64,000 bases of DNA, taken from Azolla caroliniana. Lineage: Eukaryota; Plantae; Polypodiophyta. A program made the translations under genes and the position numbers. The DNA is taken from contig JBHGNT010000005.1 in assembly GCA_043228905.1 (NCBI GenBank), positions 19,158,001-19,222,000 on the forward strand, in the 5' to 3' direction. Below are positions 49,017 through 63,968 of the stretch, piece after piece; within the stretch, counting starts at the first letter, position 1; the number at the start of each line of letters is the position of its first letter. Below the pieces are notes generated by a model. That model had not been told where the DNA came from. It was given only the letters and a program-made list of their open reading frames with translations, and made no database searches.

Positions 49017-52000
49017 CTAATTGGTCATTGATGATGTGGCATTATCATTGACATGAACAAGATGCATTAGGGACATAATTATCTCCAGTCGATGGACATC
49101 CCTGCTAGACTGTGTCCCAAGGCCCAGAAATTATTAGCCCTATAAAGCATTCTTTATTTAACAAATCACAATTGTAACACTTGACATTCAGCAAAATACA
49201 GGTCGAGTAAATAAGATGTTGTTAAGGCATTGTAACCTACCTCAGTGTTCTTGAAATGAAAATGAAATCAGATAGATTTATATTAATGTCACGCCTACTA
49301 GAGACTGAAATCAGCACACTGAAACAAAACAAAAGCTATAGGTTTCCTAAAGATTCTTTAGATTCTTCACAAGCATCAAGTCAATAACTAATATATATGG
49401 GTTAGGTAATGTGACAGGGGAGGCATAATGAGAAAAAAATGAAATGAACTTAATACAATCGAGTGAATAATCTAGTTAAGTGAATAATATCATAAACGAC
49501 GTGAAATCAAGTTACTTTGGAAAGAAATATTATATAATGACGTCTTTTTCGGAGGCCAAAAATGGCCTACAATACCAAACAAGAGATTATTACATCATTA
49601 AATGTTTTCTCGTCTTTCAGAACGAACCAAAATAAATGTGAGTAAATAAGTAAATGTAAATAAAAATAAAATGTGAGTAAAGAATGTTGTTATCTATACA
49701 TGTACGATTCTCAAGTCTGATAGATTGTAATTTTTTACTTCAAAAAGATTGCTAGTATCGGTCAATCCAAAATGGAAAGTTCTTCCAAATGAAGAAAAGT
49801 TGATGCACCAAATCTATATAATGCTCTTTGAGAGAGAGAGAGAGAAAGAGATTTATATATCTATGCTTGTAGATTTATATATGTAAGGTTGGCTGATACG
49901 GTGGAATGAGGTTATAATGAAATTCAAAAAGTGACTTATCTGGAAATGCTATAGCTTAACTATGAGACTGTCCTCGTGCGATCAGATATGACAAGCAATG
50001 GACTCCATTATTTGGTAATGAGACAGCCCGCGCGCCCATGTCCTGGTTACTTATGGATTCCTTTGTCATGGGCTTTCCTTTGCTCTGTCTACAATGACTC
50101 CTCGGCACGTTGTTAGTGGAAGAGTTGGTTGGTGATGAACAATGGAAGAAATCAGCGTTATGTAATCGCGATTGCGATTGCATCCAGTGTTTTAATATAA
50201 AGGCTGATTCCCAATGCTTTTGAGGCTCAAGAAAGATTGACTTTCTTCATCATTTGTCATTCATACTCTTAAACCAGATTAAATTGGCCTTTAGAATTGG
50301 TCCCTAAGGTTATGCCCGTAAATCAGACAGTGACCGAGTCTCTACTCATGAAGAGGTATAAATTCCAATACTGTGCTTCCTAATCAGTGTGCCTTTTTTG
50401 GCATGTAATGTTCACATATGCTTGCGAGCTATTTATTGTGTGATTTCCCCAAGGTTTACGTTTGTACAAAGTTATCAATGCATCTCTTTACAGTCTGCGT
50501 CGTACCAACAAGTTTGGAGCATACTCCCAGGAATATGGTGTCTGGACAGTGTGCTAAGGAAATGGAGGCATGGAATATGGTATAGTTTAGAGAGAGAGAG
50601 AGAGAGGCATTCATAGTTGCATACCTCAACAATAAACTGTGCCCAAATCTTGCCACAGCGATATTCCATCACACCTTTAAGAATGGAAAGTCCTAAATTT
50701 CGTATTGCATCAGCAACCTCTAGGAGATGGCTCTTCTCTTCACAAAACATCTGTAGTATATGAGCTAATAATCAATCAAATCACATGGCTTTGAAAATTT
50801 TGGGTTAGTTGCATCAACAGATTGCATTACCTCGACAAGTAGTTTACGAGATTGGTTGAGGTTCTTCACAAGGATTGGATGACCAGTTTGCTCGCCACAT
50901 AACTCAAAAGCCCAGCTTGTTCCACACTGCCCATCATCCTGTCAGAGCAAAAGATATGAGAACGCACAACTAAACAATGAGTATTATGTTACCTTCTGGC
51001 AATATTGACATAGATTACACCAGCGTTAAGCAAGCCAATTACTTTAAGCTCTTCCCTATTATGCTTTAGATTGTCAACTTGTAAATTTACATTCCGCAAG
51101 AAAAGCAAGTGCATTATGGTTTTCTCCAGCAACACATCTATGCTGCACTGCAACCAAACAAAATTCACAAGATGAATCAGAATTATGAAAGTAATGCTTT
51201 ACAACAGAATAACAGAATGGTGAGAGATGGAAGAAACCTTTGATCCATCAGGAACAAGTTCCCTCAGCTCACGCACACGATCTTGAATTTGTTGCCTGTC
51301 TTTAGGTCTTGGTCGTGTGCTCTCACTTGGTCTAGCTCTTTTTCTTGCAACTTTGGATAGAACTTCAGATTTTTTTGATTGAGAAATGTGTGTGCTATCA
51401 CTTGGCATGCCTTCCATGCAGAAACTAAGAATCGACTTCAGTGGCAGACCATCATCAGATGCATTCAAACTAGTCATATTCGAAGTGTGTTGTTCACCAG
51501 AGAAATCACAATCTCTATGGAAAGCTTTCACAAATCCTCCTGAGAGAACCTCATCTGAAGAAAAATTACACCTTGCCCGTTTGAAACTGGTTTCTTTTGT
51601 GGTATCAAGAACAGACGTTTCATTGTCCATCCCCGAAAAAGCCCTAGCAGAGAAACTCTGATCTGCAATGGAGGAAACTGAATGGTGACTTCTAGACGCA
51701 TTAGCCACCACGGCATCCAACAAAGGTTCGGATTTAGTTCCTTGCAAGTGTCCGTATTCTTTCATAATGCTTGAAATCCAACTTGGTACTACCTGAACCA
51801 TACTCTCCTCAGGGAATCCATACATTGTTCCTGATTGCTGTGTGGTGCTCATCTTATTCAAATTGTCATCCCACATCTCCTTCTCATCCGGTACCTGCCT
51901 GAATGCTGGAACTAATGCCTGTGATAGCTCATCCCCAATTGGAAAGGAGCAACCCCATTTCCTCCTTCCATGTACAATACCATAATTTGCAAAGTCCCTG

Positions 52001-54546
52001 TATCCTACTAAATCCTCACCATCTGGAGCACCCAGAGAACTAAACGAAGTTTCATCTAGAAGTTTAGAATTTGAGGCTGCTGCAGGGACACTGCAATTAT
52101 CACTTAATGGGGGTGCTAAATTGCATAGTGCTACTTCTGACTTTGGTGAAGCACTGCCAATGACAGAAGTAGCAGAAACGCAACTTTTGGAATCCAGGAT
52201 ACTATTACAGGAAAGCAGTGAATCAACACTTGATTTATTTCCATCCTCTGTAAACATATGAGCTTGCAAGCATACTGGCCCATTGACATATATTTCTGAT
52301 CCCAAACTTCTTCCAAGTGGTATCACAGAAGCTGCTTGTCCACTGCTATTCGAAGTGGAATGTGAAATTTCATCTAACTGCGATGTACACATGATTCGAT
52401 CTGCAATATGCATATCATATCTGAGGGCTTTTATCTCCTGCCAAACAGCCAGAGGATTTGAAATGTTTGATTTCTCTTCCACATTGCTTGACTGTCCATG
52501 TAACTCATATGTAAGCAATTGCAGCCCCCTATCCTGGACATAAACAACAAAGAGAACAAAAAACAAAGGTCTAGATCAAACATGTGGTTACTTTCACATC
52601 GGTTTCTAATAAGTATCATTCCCTGAACCACTTACCATTGTTTCGCTTGCTTTCCTTCCCTGAACTAGGTCAGAAAAAGATGACATGCGTATATTTCGAA
52701 GGGCTCCAAACGCAGATTTAACACGATTTACACATTCTGCATTCTCCGGTATCTGCAGTACACATAGATTTATTAATCAAAGAATGTTAGATAATGAGAA
52801 GAAAAAGAGTTATAAAGAGAGAATCGATCCAACACATGAGCAGATAGGCATGCACTTCATTATCTGTGCATCACGCATAGAATGATTGATAGAAGAATCA
52901 CAGTAAATAAGGAGAAAAAACAGAGATATAAAGTGACCATTCAAATGCATCAATAGATGGGCATGCATTTAATCCTCAATTGACATAAGCAAACGCCATT
53001 AGCCTAACCATCTGGCTGGAGCCAAGTTGCACAACTCCTTGAGGAACAGCAATTACCGCAATTGTCTACAAAAAGGGGAGAAGAAGATATTCAAGCTCTC
53101 TCCAACATACATACCATTAAAAATGTGAGTTAATGATAGGGCGTACATTACCTTGATTCCAGCAGCAAACTGCATACCAAAGCTAGCGGGGTACTGTAGA
53201 GAAAGAACCAAACTTAGCACAAATCCAAAAGTTTTAGCCCAAGAATATATTGTATAAACCAGTTGTGTCCACCTTTTCAAGCATCTGAATATTTGCAGTG
53301 TTTCTAGGTGCTATTCCCAATTTGCTATTCCCTCCCCCATCAGCAAAAACCCACTGATATTTTCCAGTAAAAGCCACACGCCCAATAATACTACAAAATT
53401 ATTTTCCAGACAAGAGGATAAAGTTTTTGAACTCAAAAGCTAATCCGCAGAAAAAATAAACAGAGCTCACTCACCCTTCACCCATTGGGTAAACAGAGTA
53501 AGACATCTTCGTCATAGCACTTATAATTCGCCCTTTTGAATAACTTGTTGCTTCAGACACACAACTTCCTTTATGAGAAGGATTTCCTTCATCTTCGTAC
53601 GTATTGGACAGTGGATGTTGAAAGAATCCTTCCTCCCATCTCAGAGCCCTATATGGAAAGAATACACACAATAAGCATACAGAACAAACAGCAAAAATAA
53701 GTTTCATACTTACAATTCAAACTGTGTTACCAACAAATTTAACAGAAAAAGGACAGCAGACTTGAAAGATAAAAAGCAAAATGAAGTTCCTGAAGTCAGC
53801 AGAATGAGAGCGAATGAGAGCAGAATGAGAGCAGAAGTCAGCAGAATTATAATTATATCATAACGCTTCATGCATTGGCATAATAAGACCTTCAAGATTC
53901 ATAGCGACATAATTCCATCTCGCAATATTCCCTACAACTTCATAATTTGAGGTAAAGAGAGGTTCATGGTTCATAATTACATTATTAAATCTTTCTATCC
54001 TGCATGCAACGAGATAACTTGAATTTCACCATTCATAATCACATAATTAAATCATTACAGCCATAAGTGCAACACTGCCTTAGTTATGCATGAGGATTTA
54101 TGAATTAAATCAAACGGAAGAGCATCCATAGTCTAGCCATGAACTGTATATAAAGGATTAACCATCTATTTTCTCTCTCTATTTCTTCTTCATCCCTCTA
54201 CTTCATACAATCTATGGAGAAATGGAGAAACCCGCCCTCCTTGAAGTCAGCAATGGCCAGTTTTGTCTTGATGTGCTCAACTAGGAGAATTCTACACCGG
54301 TCGTTCTCTTTGTTAATTCATGCAATCATGTATGAATTATGTTAATTTCTTAATTACTGTTTTACTACGTTAATTGCATGAGTAGGACCGATCCCTCGTT
54401 ACAAATATTTCTTATTTGAAAAGCTCAAACAGAAGGAAGTGACAAAAGGAAGGAAGAGATGGTTACATGTGATCGAGCTTCCAGAAACCAGCATAACACC
54501 ATCCTGACTCGAAACACAAGTTCTGCAGTGTATAATGGAGTTCCAT
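49017..54546 (-). CDS. LHW: LONESOME HIGHWAY-like bHLH transcription factor (subfamily XIII), 771 aa, 11 exons
   Basis: Exons 54546-54467, 53648-53475, 53390-53273, 53193-53152, 53065-53009, 52752-52636, 52533-51238, 51147-51043, 50938-50831, 50750-50625, 49109-49017. All GT-AG, 2316 nt, open frame. bHLH-MYC N-terminal domain (LC...GWCYAGFWK, GEGIIGRVAFTGKYQW, QFAAGIKTIAVI..GVVQLGS). LHW-type bHLH RPRPKDRQQIQDRVRELRELVP.GSKCSID.LLEKTI. C-terminal SWAFE and MFCEE..LEVADAIR.LGLSILKGVME. Orthology within the LHW clade is unresolved. Confidence 0.93.
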
Positions 54547-55892
54547 ATTGTTTGTCCAAAAGACAGAAGAACCTCGGATCTGTTTCACACGAAATCAAAA
54601 CAACTCTTTTCTTCTCAAAAGTGGCTTCAGCGTCTTAATTTATCTTCAGGAATCAAGCACCTTTCGGGTATGAGATATTCATCCGGAATCAAGCAATCTG
54701 TTATGAATCAAGCAGAGTGATTTTTTTCCTCTTCCAAACTTCTTATCGAGATGGAACAGATTTTTTCCTTATATATTTTTGAATTTGGAATCGAGCATCT
54801 CCTTTTTGTGTCAATGAATTTGTTATGACAAGCAGAGTTTTTTCATTCTCTTTGAATTGCTATTTTCGCTCTCTGAATTTTGGTCGAATCTAAGCACCGC
54901 TTCTCTTATGAAATTTCTCGAAATCAGACGTCTCTTTTTTCCCTTTCAAGTTCCGACCAGCGAAATTAGAACGCTGGAAAAAATGACAGTAGGCTTCCTA
55001 CTTCTTTGTTATGCGTCAAAAGGGGTTTTAGGGTTTAAACTCGACGAGTTTTCTAGGGTCTAGAGGCGTTTAGGGTTTAAGGTTGTGGCAGTGCTAAGAG
55101 TTTTAAAGCTTTTTAGGGTTTTAAAGTTGAATGGCGTTTAGGGTTTCTTAAGTTATCTTAGGATGTTTAGGTTTCTTTTAGGGTTCTTATGAGATGCGTA
55201 TATGTATATATATATAATTGAGAGGAGAGAGTGGTCTAATTAGCTCGGCATTAAGCTCTCCCAGAAAGCTTTCTACTCAGACTTGATTAAATTCTTTTCC
55301 AGGGAGGCATAGGCGTGCTGCTCAATGCTAAGATTCTCATACTCATCTGTTCCATCTAATTCTTCTTCTCCGCTAACACTTTCTTCAACAACGCGCTGGA
55401 ATGTGAATTTGATCACTTGCAGCCCACACACGCACGCACAATTAGGGCATTTGAGTTAGGGTTTGAGGTGTGTGCGCAGAGCAGCTTTAGAGGAGCTGAG
55501 AACTGAAATCATTAGGTTAGGGTTAAGGGTTGGGGTTGGGGTTTTTTGTGGATTCAAACCATAGCTAAGGGGGGGGGGGGAAATAAAACCAAGATGACCA
55601 GACATTACACAATTAGGGTTAGGAATTTCTTCTGATTTACAGAATCCCGTCGGCAGTGGCCAAAGAAGAGGGAGGGGCTGAGGATCACATGAGCTCTCGA
55701 CAGTGTGCTCTGAGAATTCTCCAAAAGATATATATATATATATATAGTAGTATATAATGTGGGGGAAGAGTCCAAGAAAGGGGGGGGGGGGTCACATTTA
55801 GGGTTAGGTTAGTTTGGTTCTGAGGAAAACCCTAACATAGCAGCAGCAGAAGGAGCAGGGTAGCAGACAATGGATGTGCAGGAACCCTAACT

Positions 55893-56260
55893 ATGTATGT
55901 GTGTATGTATGCATGCATGTATGGATGTATGTATGTATGTATGTATGGATGGATGGATGGATGGATGTATGCATGCATGCATGTATGCATGGATGGATGT
56001 ATGCATGGATGGATGGATGGATGTATGGATGTATGGATGTAGGCAGGCGATTTCTCGGCGATCGCCGCCCTACCAGTAGGCATTCCTTGGATTTTTGTCC
56101 GCCCACTTCTCCCTTTTGTCCACCCAATTGCATGCACACGAGACAGACATACAGATGGATAGATAGTCTACAAATAGACAAACCGATAGACATATGGATG
56201 GATAGACAGATAGATGGATGGATGGATGGATGGATGGATAGACATAAAGATGGATGGATG
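55893..56260. repeat. Compound (ATGT/ATGG/ATGC/ATAG)n microsatellites
   Basis: Directly visible tetranucleotide runs that generate the spurious low-complexity ORFs here. Confidence 0.95.
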
Positions 56261-59200
56261 CCCATAGTCCAGTATCTCGGGATGTCCCCCCCCCCCCACC
56301 CCAAACAGTCTGCTTGCAGCTCAACCATCCGATATCTCCTAGAGATTTTTGCCCATCTTTGAAGACGTCCTCGCGAGGACACGTTCCACCCTCCCGACTT
56401 GGGAGCCTTCTTCATTCTTTGCCAAAGATGCGATCGGCCAGAACTCCTATCCCTAGAACAGAAAATCATTACAGGGAAATTATGATCTCGAGTTGTCATC
56501 GTTTGATACCCGTTATTGGATAAAAGACCCCCCCGAACAAACACCCCCCACCCCCCCCTTGTTTGCATGCCCCCTTCTGCGGCTAAGGTAGGCCTGTAAA
56601 AACAAATGCTATAATGAATGGTACCACAATTGAGTCTGGTCACCACTACAAGGGGTAGTGGGACATGTTGAACCACCAATAGACAAGATGAACACTCCAC
56701 GAAGGAAAGATTTTGTACTCTCTCTCTCATGAGATTACTTCATATCGGTGGTGCATGTAAGTTTTTCGTGAACTCGATCATCTGGCCTCGATTGTGTAGT
56801 GTGAGGATGCAAAGGGAAAGATCGCTCTTGCACCAGTTTCACAACTAGACAGTCTAAAAATCATTCACGAACAACCCTCATTACAACTAGTATGACTTAG
56901 AACCTTGTGGCAATAAGCCTCAAGTTCGAGTTTTCTACATATGTAATTCAAATATTTATATATATATATATATAAGGAAACAAGATAGGATGATGGAATT
57001 TGTAGAGAGGAATTTAAAGGAACAAACAATGTCCAATTAAGACTCTTCTTGTTCGAGATTTTATGTCTGTATGTGAATATGTTGCCAAATTCCTCCACAA
57101 ATGAAGTATCCATGCTTCTCAAATCACCTTCCCAATACTACTTTGATGTGGATAAGATGATGGATGTTATCAATCAATCCACTATTCAAGATTAATGGCA
57201 ACATTTATTGGTTTTGATGACATTACTTTGACAACTCTATTCTCCTTCCACATAGCTCTCGCTTCTAAATCCAAATACTTTGTTAGGACGGTTTCGAGAT
57301 CAACACCTCTACTCCATCACCACGTTGCAACCTCGTGTGACCTCCATATCGAGTGTGTATTGGCTCGTTTTCTCGCCAACCATTGTAGAATGTAGTTGAT
57401 TCCTAACCTCTAAAAAGGTTGTAGAAAGAGTCAACAAAAACACCTTCCACCTTGTCATCACTATTTCTTTGTCCATCTTTACTCTTTTAGGTGTGCCTTA
57501 TCCTCTCTATAAAGACTCGTCCTCCAAATTACATGTATAGCTTTCAGTTGAATTCCATATATAACATAAAATTCCTCGAACTTGCTTCGTAAATAGCTTT
57601 ACGCTCCATGCTCCAATTTTGAAGTCGGTAATGACATTCACTTCGTCATTTGGAATGTCCTCTTTAGATCTAAAATCACTAACACACATGCGTACACCCT
57701 CTTTATTGACCCATCAAGTTTCCTTTTCATCCATGAAATTAATAGGAAATTGTGGGGAAATAACACAAAATCGCATTCCCTATTTATATTTCACGCCAAC
57801 AAGTAAAAAAAATGTAGTCATCTAGGATGGATTAATGAGTTCTTCAAGTATCCATAACACGTGTTTACGCATGCATGTGTGTCATCGTTTTAGACAAATG
57901 TTATAAGGCACTCACTCCAAATTTTAATTGTTTTCTAGTGATATGATTGATTTAGGTGACAACTATTGGGGTCGTACAATGGTGGTAGCTTATATTTCTA
58001 TTGACCTATAGAAGACTAACTTGATGTAAATCAATCACTCTAGGGAACATGTGGCTGCAATGCCCGATTGCCAAAACAAGCAAATAAGTTTTTCTTTCAC
58101 CTTTCTTGCCTATTGTAGTACTCCATTGAGACTAGTATTTGAACACTACCTTAATACAATGAGTGAGGCCACAACATTATCTCCCTAAATAAAAACTCAT
58201 TGAGAGCATGATTCAAGTTTATCCCTTAACGATGCCAACGATTGCAACATGATGACCCAAATGGCTTTAGAAACTAAGCATTTAAGGAATTTGTGATTGG
58301 CATCCTCCTCAACCACCACATATTAAAAAAACATCTCACACCTAAATGTGTTGAAGTCCTTAACTATCCTTCCCCTATTCCTAATGTCATTTTCCTTTCT
58401 GTTCTTCTCATTGAAAATAAAAGCCCCTTTTCTCATGTACACAAACACATCCAAATACAAAAACACGTGCACTTTGAAATATAACATAACTAATGATACA
58501 TATGATTCCACTTTCATACACCTTCACTCACACAATTAAGCTAAACATAGACACCTTCTTCACTCATATATGTATCATACACATGTATATTAATACACCG
58601 ACACATGTAAATGTGTCCATGCTTGAATTCAGATCGATACAAGTTATTCCACATGTTTGCAAACGTAGTGGACATATAAACCACAAAATGCAGCTTTCAT
58701 TTGTGAACACATAGTTCCACGCCTTCTTGGGCAAACACTTTTGCCATACAAGAACACATCTAAAGGGGGAAATTTACTTTCATGCACCCATATGCATACA
58801 TGGTCTTTTGGGCACAATTCAAAAGTGCTCCCCACCTACCGACAAACAAAATAATGGAGTAGGGGCTTTCATACCGCCTTGATAGTTCGACTTCAACAAA
58901 TTCTGAAGCCATTATCTTCAACCCCATCTTCCATGGTTCAAGATCCCGACGGTTCCACCCACATTTCGCATGGATGCACGGATTTTTATGACACCCTTAC
59001 ACTAACATTAAATGTAGACATTAAGCTTATATTCTTACCTACCCTTGAGCTTAATTGTTGTGCAAAACATTGAGCTTGTTTCTACTTAGTTCCCTTAAGT
59101 CCGATTAGGTAACAACAAAAAACATTGAGCTTGCTTCTACACCCTCAAGTCCAATTAGATAACAACAAAAAATGAATCCAAAAAATCTGCATTTATGAGG

Positions 59201-60326
59201 ATCTTTAGTAATGTTTGCTTTCAAGTGGATTTTTATGTAAGATTACTTTAAGTTGTGGAGGTGGTTATTCACTTCATATGCATTTTTTTAAATCAAAGTT
59301 TATATGAATATTTCTCTCCAAGGGGTTGGATATTTTGCATTCTATCACATTGTATTTCTTCATGAGCTTTACTCATATTGTTGTTGTGTGGAAATTTTCT
59401 ATGCAAAAAAATAGTGAAGTTTGCGTAATTCTTCGTTTGGAGCTTCAATGATTCACCACCACAATAAGATTATCTATATACATCAAAGTAAACATCATAA
59501 AGTCCTCATCTAGTTGCAAATACAAAGGAATCATCAAATTTGGCATATAAATTCCAATTAGATGAAGGCTTTGAGAGCTTACAATATCATGCTCAAGGCA
59601 CTAGCTCTAGGCCAAACAACGCCTTATGTAGATTAACTTAGCATTCGTTGGGCTCTCAAACCTAGGTGGTCATTACATATATACTTCTTCCTATAGTGCT
59701 CTTTGTATAAATGAAATTTTGGCATCCATATGATGGAGAGAGCACCCTTTTCTATAGCCGGGTTAAATATCACATGAAAGGTTGCCATTTTGGCAACTAA
59801 GTTAGATAATCTCTTCCTTGGTTCAACATATGTCCTTTGGCGTCAATGAGCTTTGTACGGATTGATCATACCATTTGTAGTATGCTTCACTAGAAGATCC
59901 ATCGTAACTAATTGGTTTACTTTCATTCCGTAATGGAACTAGATTCCATGTGTGGTTCAACACCAAGACATTGATTTCATTCTTCATAGTGGTTTCACTT
60001 TCTAGTTTTCAATATGCTTCTTTAAGGTTTCTTGGTCAATGCACTTTGTGATTCTATCTCTATATGTGTAATGTTTTACCATGATCTTATTCAATTCTTC
60101 TTGACTTCTTCTTCACTCATGAAGTTCTCAATCTATGATTTCTTAGTTCTTTATCGAATGTACTTGAGGAGCTTGGCTTTGTCTTCTTTCAACACTATAG
60201 CTATTTGTATAGAATTCATTGTGAATGTAGCCATATATGCCCAATATTTTCCTTGTAGTTGTCATGTACATACCTTTATGTTGAATCATTCATGTGGCTT
60301 GATCTAGAGTATTGGATGATGCTTCT

Positions 60327-61191
60327 TTTTTTTTTTTTTCCAAAGTAAAGCTACTTTCCCATTAGTTAGGAAGGATTATTACATAGAGTCTATAAGGAGA
60401 CTTATACACACATCGGGGAGACTTCCTCCGATCAAGCCAAAGAAGATGAGCCACTTACATTGCCTTGCGGCCTAACTTAATGTAAGAAGCTACCTGTATC
60501 CAAGGCGATACCCTTCAATGTTGCCTAGTACGAGTCGGCTCTTGGGGCCTACACCGAAGAGAGGGTGGCAGGTGAGTAGGAAACAACCAACGTGGGGGCT
60601 GGTAGTTCCACCTCGGGCCACTCCCGCCTTGCATCACCATAGGTGTGTTCCGCCATTTCTGCCAAAAGCGCAAACGGGCAGTGGTCACGTCGTTGGAGTG
60701 GCTGCAAACCTCTTCCAGTTGCCCTCGTAGGCAGCTGATAAGCGTGAACCATATGTCCATGATCATTTCCTCCGGGGGCCGTACCGTACCTTGGAAGACC
60801 TTGAGGCAACGCGCTTTCCATATATACCACAAGGTGAAACCTGCGATCAACATCCAGATTTCCGAAAACCTAGGGGATGCGGGTTGCAAGCCTCTTTCAA
60901 AACGGATCTTGACGATTTTGCCTCTCGTGCATACATAGCACCAACTATCCGCATTGACGGCGTCCGTCCACCCTTCGACCGAGTGATCAATCCATGCCGC
61001 AACGCTCCACAAGGTTGTTCCTTCAACTTCACATGCCACAAGGAGGCGAGTCACTCTATCCCATACCTTTTGAGCTTGAGGGCAATCCCACAAACAATGT
61101 CTCAGAGACTCAATAGGTAGAGAGCACAGTGGGCAGCCTAACGGGCCGCCACGTTTATCTAACCATTCGCCAACGGGCACCACATTAAGAG
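60327..61191 (-). mobile_element. 5'-truncated L1-type LINE 3' end with zf-RVT-like finger and poly(A) tail
   Basis: ORF 60515-61183 has CPLCS...ESLRHCLWDCP..VW and TLWYIWKARC..F. T run at 60326-60339. Candidate TSD TGCTTCT at 60320-60326 and 61192-61198. Confidence 0.85.
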
Positions 61192-63968
61192 TGCTTCTAC
61201 CTTAAGAGTGCGGATTCCCAATGTTTTTTCAAATGAGTTCTCTAACTCACTTCAATCAATGCATAATGTTTTTAAATGCAGTTTGCATTCACACACCTCT
61301 CTGTTGAATTCTTCATGTGTTGAAGTCCTTGATTGTCAAATGGTTGGGGTTGGTTCCATTGATTTCTTCATTCTTGGTTCACTCATATGATTAAGTAGAG
61401 AGCGTATCTATGTCCTAATAGGTAGGGATTTGTTCCACCTTGGAGGAGTTGTGTGAGGTTAGCACATGTGATAGTTAATCGCAGAGGCATTTCCGAATGG
61501 CCATAAATGAGTCACATCATAGTGTAAGTTGCTCCTCATCCGCATTTTCTTGCATGATAGAGAGAGATTCCTTGTTCAAAAGATAAGATACCTCATGCTT
61601 CATATTTTACAAGCATTCACATCGAAACATGTACGATTAAATAGAACATTCACGAGGGTGTTAAAAATCTTTTACTAATCAATAGAAAAAATAAAAGTGA
61701 AAGAAAGATGGATAGATTGTATAGAAGAACCCGCTCCCCCAAACCACCTCCTAACTTTGATTAAGACATAGCCAACATACCGCTCATGTTGGCGAATATT
61801 AGGATTACTAATACCTTCGAAGAGGTAAAACGATCGTCCCAATGAAAGCCTAGCCCACACTGCAAGTGTCTAAAAACTTCAACCTTTAGAAATAATGTGT
61901 TTTATGAGGGTAGTTAGATCTCATACTTATACTTATTCCTAAGCCCCTTGAATAGATGTGCTTTCCTAAAAACCTCTCCATTCATTGGTTAACGAAATCA
62001 CGATAGTGCATGCACCTCTCATGCCATCTATCCTATCACATACGCCCCATTCTAACATTAGTGAATATACCTTTCATTTAAGTTTTGTAAATATCAGTGA
62101 CCTACCTTCACCTATGTTATGCGTGTGATTGATAGTGTGTGTGTGTGTGTGTGGATTAAATATGAAGTGTATTGGGGTATCAAGTAAACCAAAGGAAATG
62201 TTTACACATAAGGCAAATGAGTCATGAGTGACGGTGTTTTCCTCTCATTAAAATCACTTCTATGTTGTTTTTAATTCATTCTTCTTCTTATCATGTGTTC
62301 TTAGTAATTGATTATTATCTTTTGAAAATATCAATGCCAATGTATTGGAAATCCAAAAAAATGCCTCTTGGTAAAGATAATTGGAGCCACAACTCTTCGC
62401 TTCTTTCTTCTTATTAGAAATAACTTTGTCGATTGTGTTGTACTTCTCATTGAAGAGGCTCTTTATGACTCACTTTGGGTTTGGAGTCTCAACAAACAAC
62501 TTTGTTTTTACTTAGATACTATTGTCCATTATTTTTTAGTCAGTCATTTTGTCTTTTTCTAGATACGTAAGAAGAATAACCTATTGCTATTTGTTAATAC
62601 AATATCCTAAGTTTGTTCGAAAAGGAGATCCATGATATAGATTATGATGTGATTGGAAAGAACCCATAATATAAAAACTCGAATAGTTGCCATGGACGAT
62701 GTGCTAACCATCACTTTAAAGACTTGTTATAATGTAATTATGTATGGATAGTATTGAAACAAATGATTGCTTCCTCTTCTAACTTTGCATACAATAAATC
62801 ATGGACCAAAGTAAATGTTCTTATGACATATGTTATTTGAATGTTCTAACTAAAAAGACCCACTTGTCTTATTGCTATTATCATTGTTGTCGTCATCATC
62901 AAAAGCAATGAACACTTTTACAAAATCTACTTTTTTTGTAATAGTCTATGTATCAAGGTTTGCCGCATATGCACATTTGGCATTATGTTGTCACTCTATA
63001 GTATAGTTTTTTACGAGTACAAAGAGTCACCCACCTTGAGACGTATCCTCCTCTTAATAGTATAAATGCTTTTCTCCATGAAGTCTAAAGGATAAATACT
63101 TGAATAAAGGCAAATTGATTCCTCAATATGGATAAAGCAAGTCAAAACTTAATGGTGATTATAAAACACAATATCAACTTTGCTACAATAACGTTTTCAT
63201 CCAAACATATATTTATTGATCGTGCATAGATTCACACATTGACATTTGCTACTTGAGTCAAAATTGTACACGTAATAATGATTCTAATGATTTATTGTTT
63301 TCTTGCCGAAATCACTCATTTGGTCACCTAATATGTTATAGTATACACTATGGAGTAAAACTCAAGATTAAGAACAGGTCGGGTCTCATGGAACCATAGG
63401 TACACTTCAATCCAATTACACGAAGCATCCCAACAAAATTTGGAGATTATATGGTTTCGTGAAGATTCTATCTCCAAAATGATATATGTAGATAATATGT
63501 TATTTTGTAGAAATATGGTTCATACCCACCATGTTCATGGTGATATTTACCAATAATGCTTGAATAAATTGGATGCTTAGAATCTGTTATGGTTCAACAC
63601 TTATTGCTCTTCTAACAACAAAGTTTGAGATTGGTGAATTAGCTATTACAAGAGTGACATCATTATTCAAACATAGATATTAACATCCTCACAACTCTAA
63701 CATTGAGATGGAAAAGAACGCTTGAAGTTTGAATTTATCATATGGCAAAGCTTTGGTTGGTAGCTATGCCAATTTTATTTTAGTGTCTTGCTTAGACTTG
63801 CTCTTCAAGGCCATGTGAATTGTTAGGTGTGAACAGGCACCAATAATCAATCCTCATAATGAATGGGTAATGAAAAAGCAACACATTGAATATGATAGAT
63901 GGGTTAAAATTTTGGAGCTTTGGCACTCCACTAACATATGTGTATTTTGTTTTCATTGTCTACTTTGT

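Noticed and set aside
54215-54290. RRAGF peptide resembling the LHW conserved uORF
   Set aside because: It lies inside intron 1, downstream of the ATG. Another frame (EHIKTKLA..GFLHF) looks more like a decayed Copia RT scrap.
55655-55692. PKKREGLRI peptide resembling the LHW conserved uORF
   Set aside because: It is on the + strand, antisense to the gene, has no ATG and is too short to be significant.
55832-56730. Long ORFs of 101-279 aa
   Set aside because: They are produced by tetranucleotide microsatellites (IHPS/WMDG repeats).
57100-63950. Coding-like decayed stretches around the L1 fragment (possible Gypsy accessory ORF or transposase relics)
   Set aside because: No diagnostic motif could be read with confidence; it needs a repeat-library or TBLASTX search.
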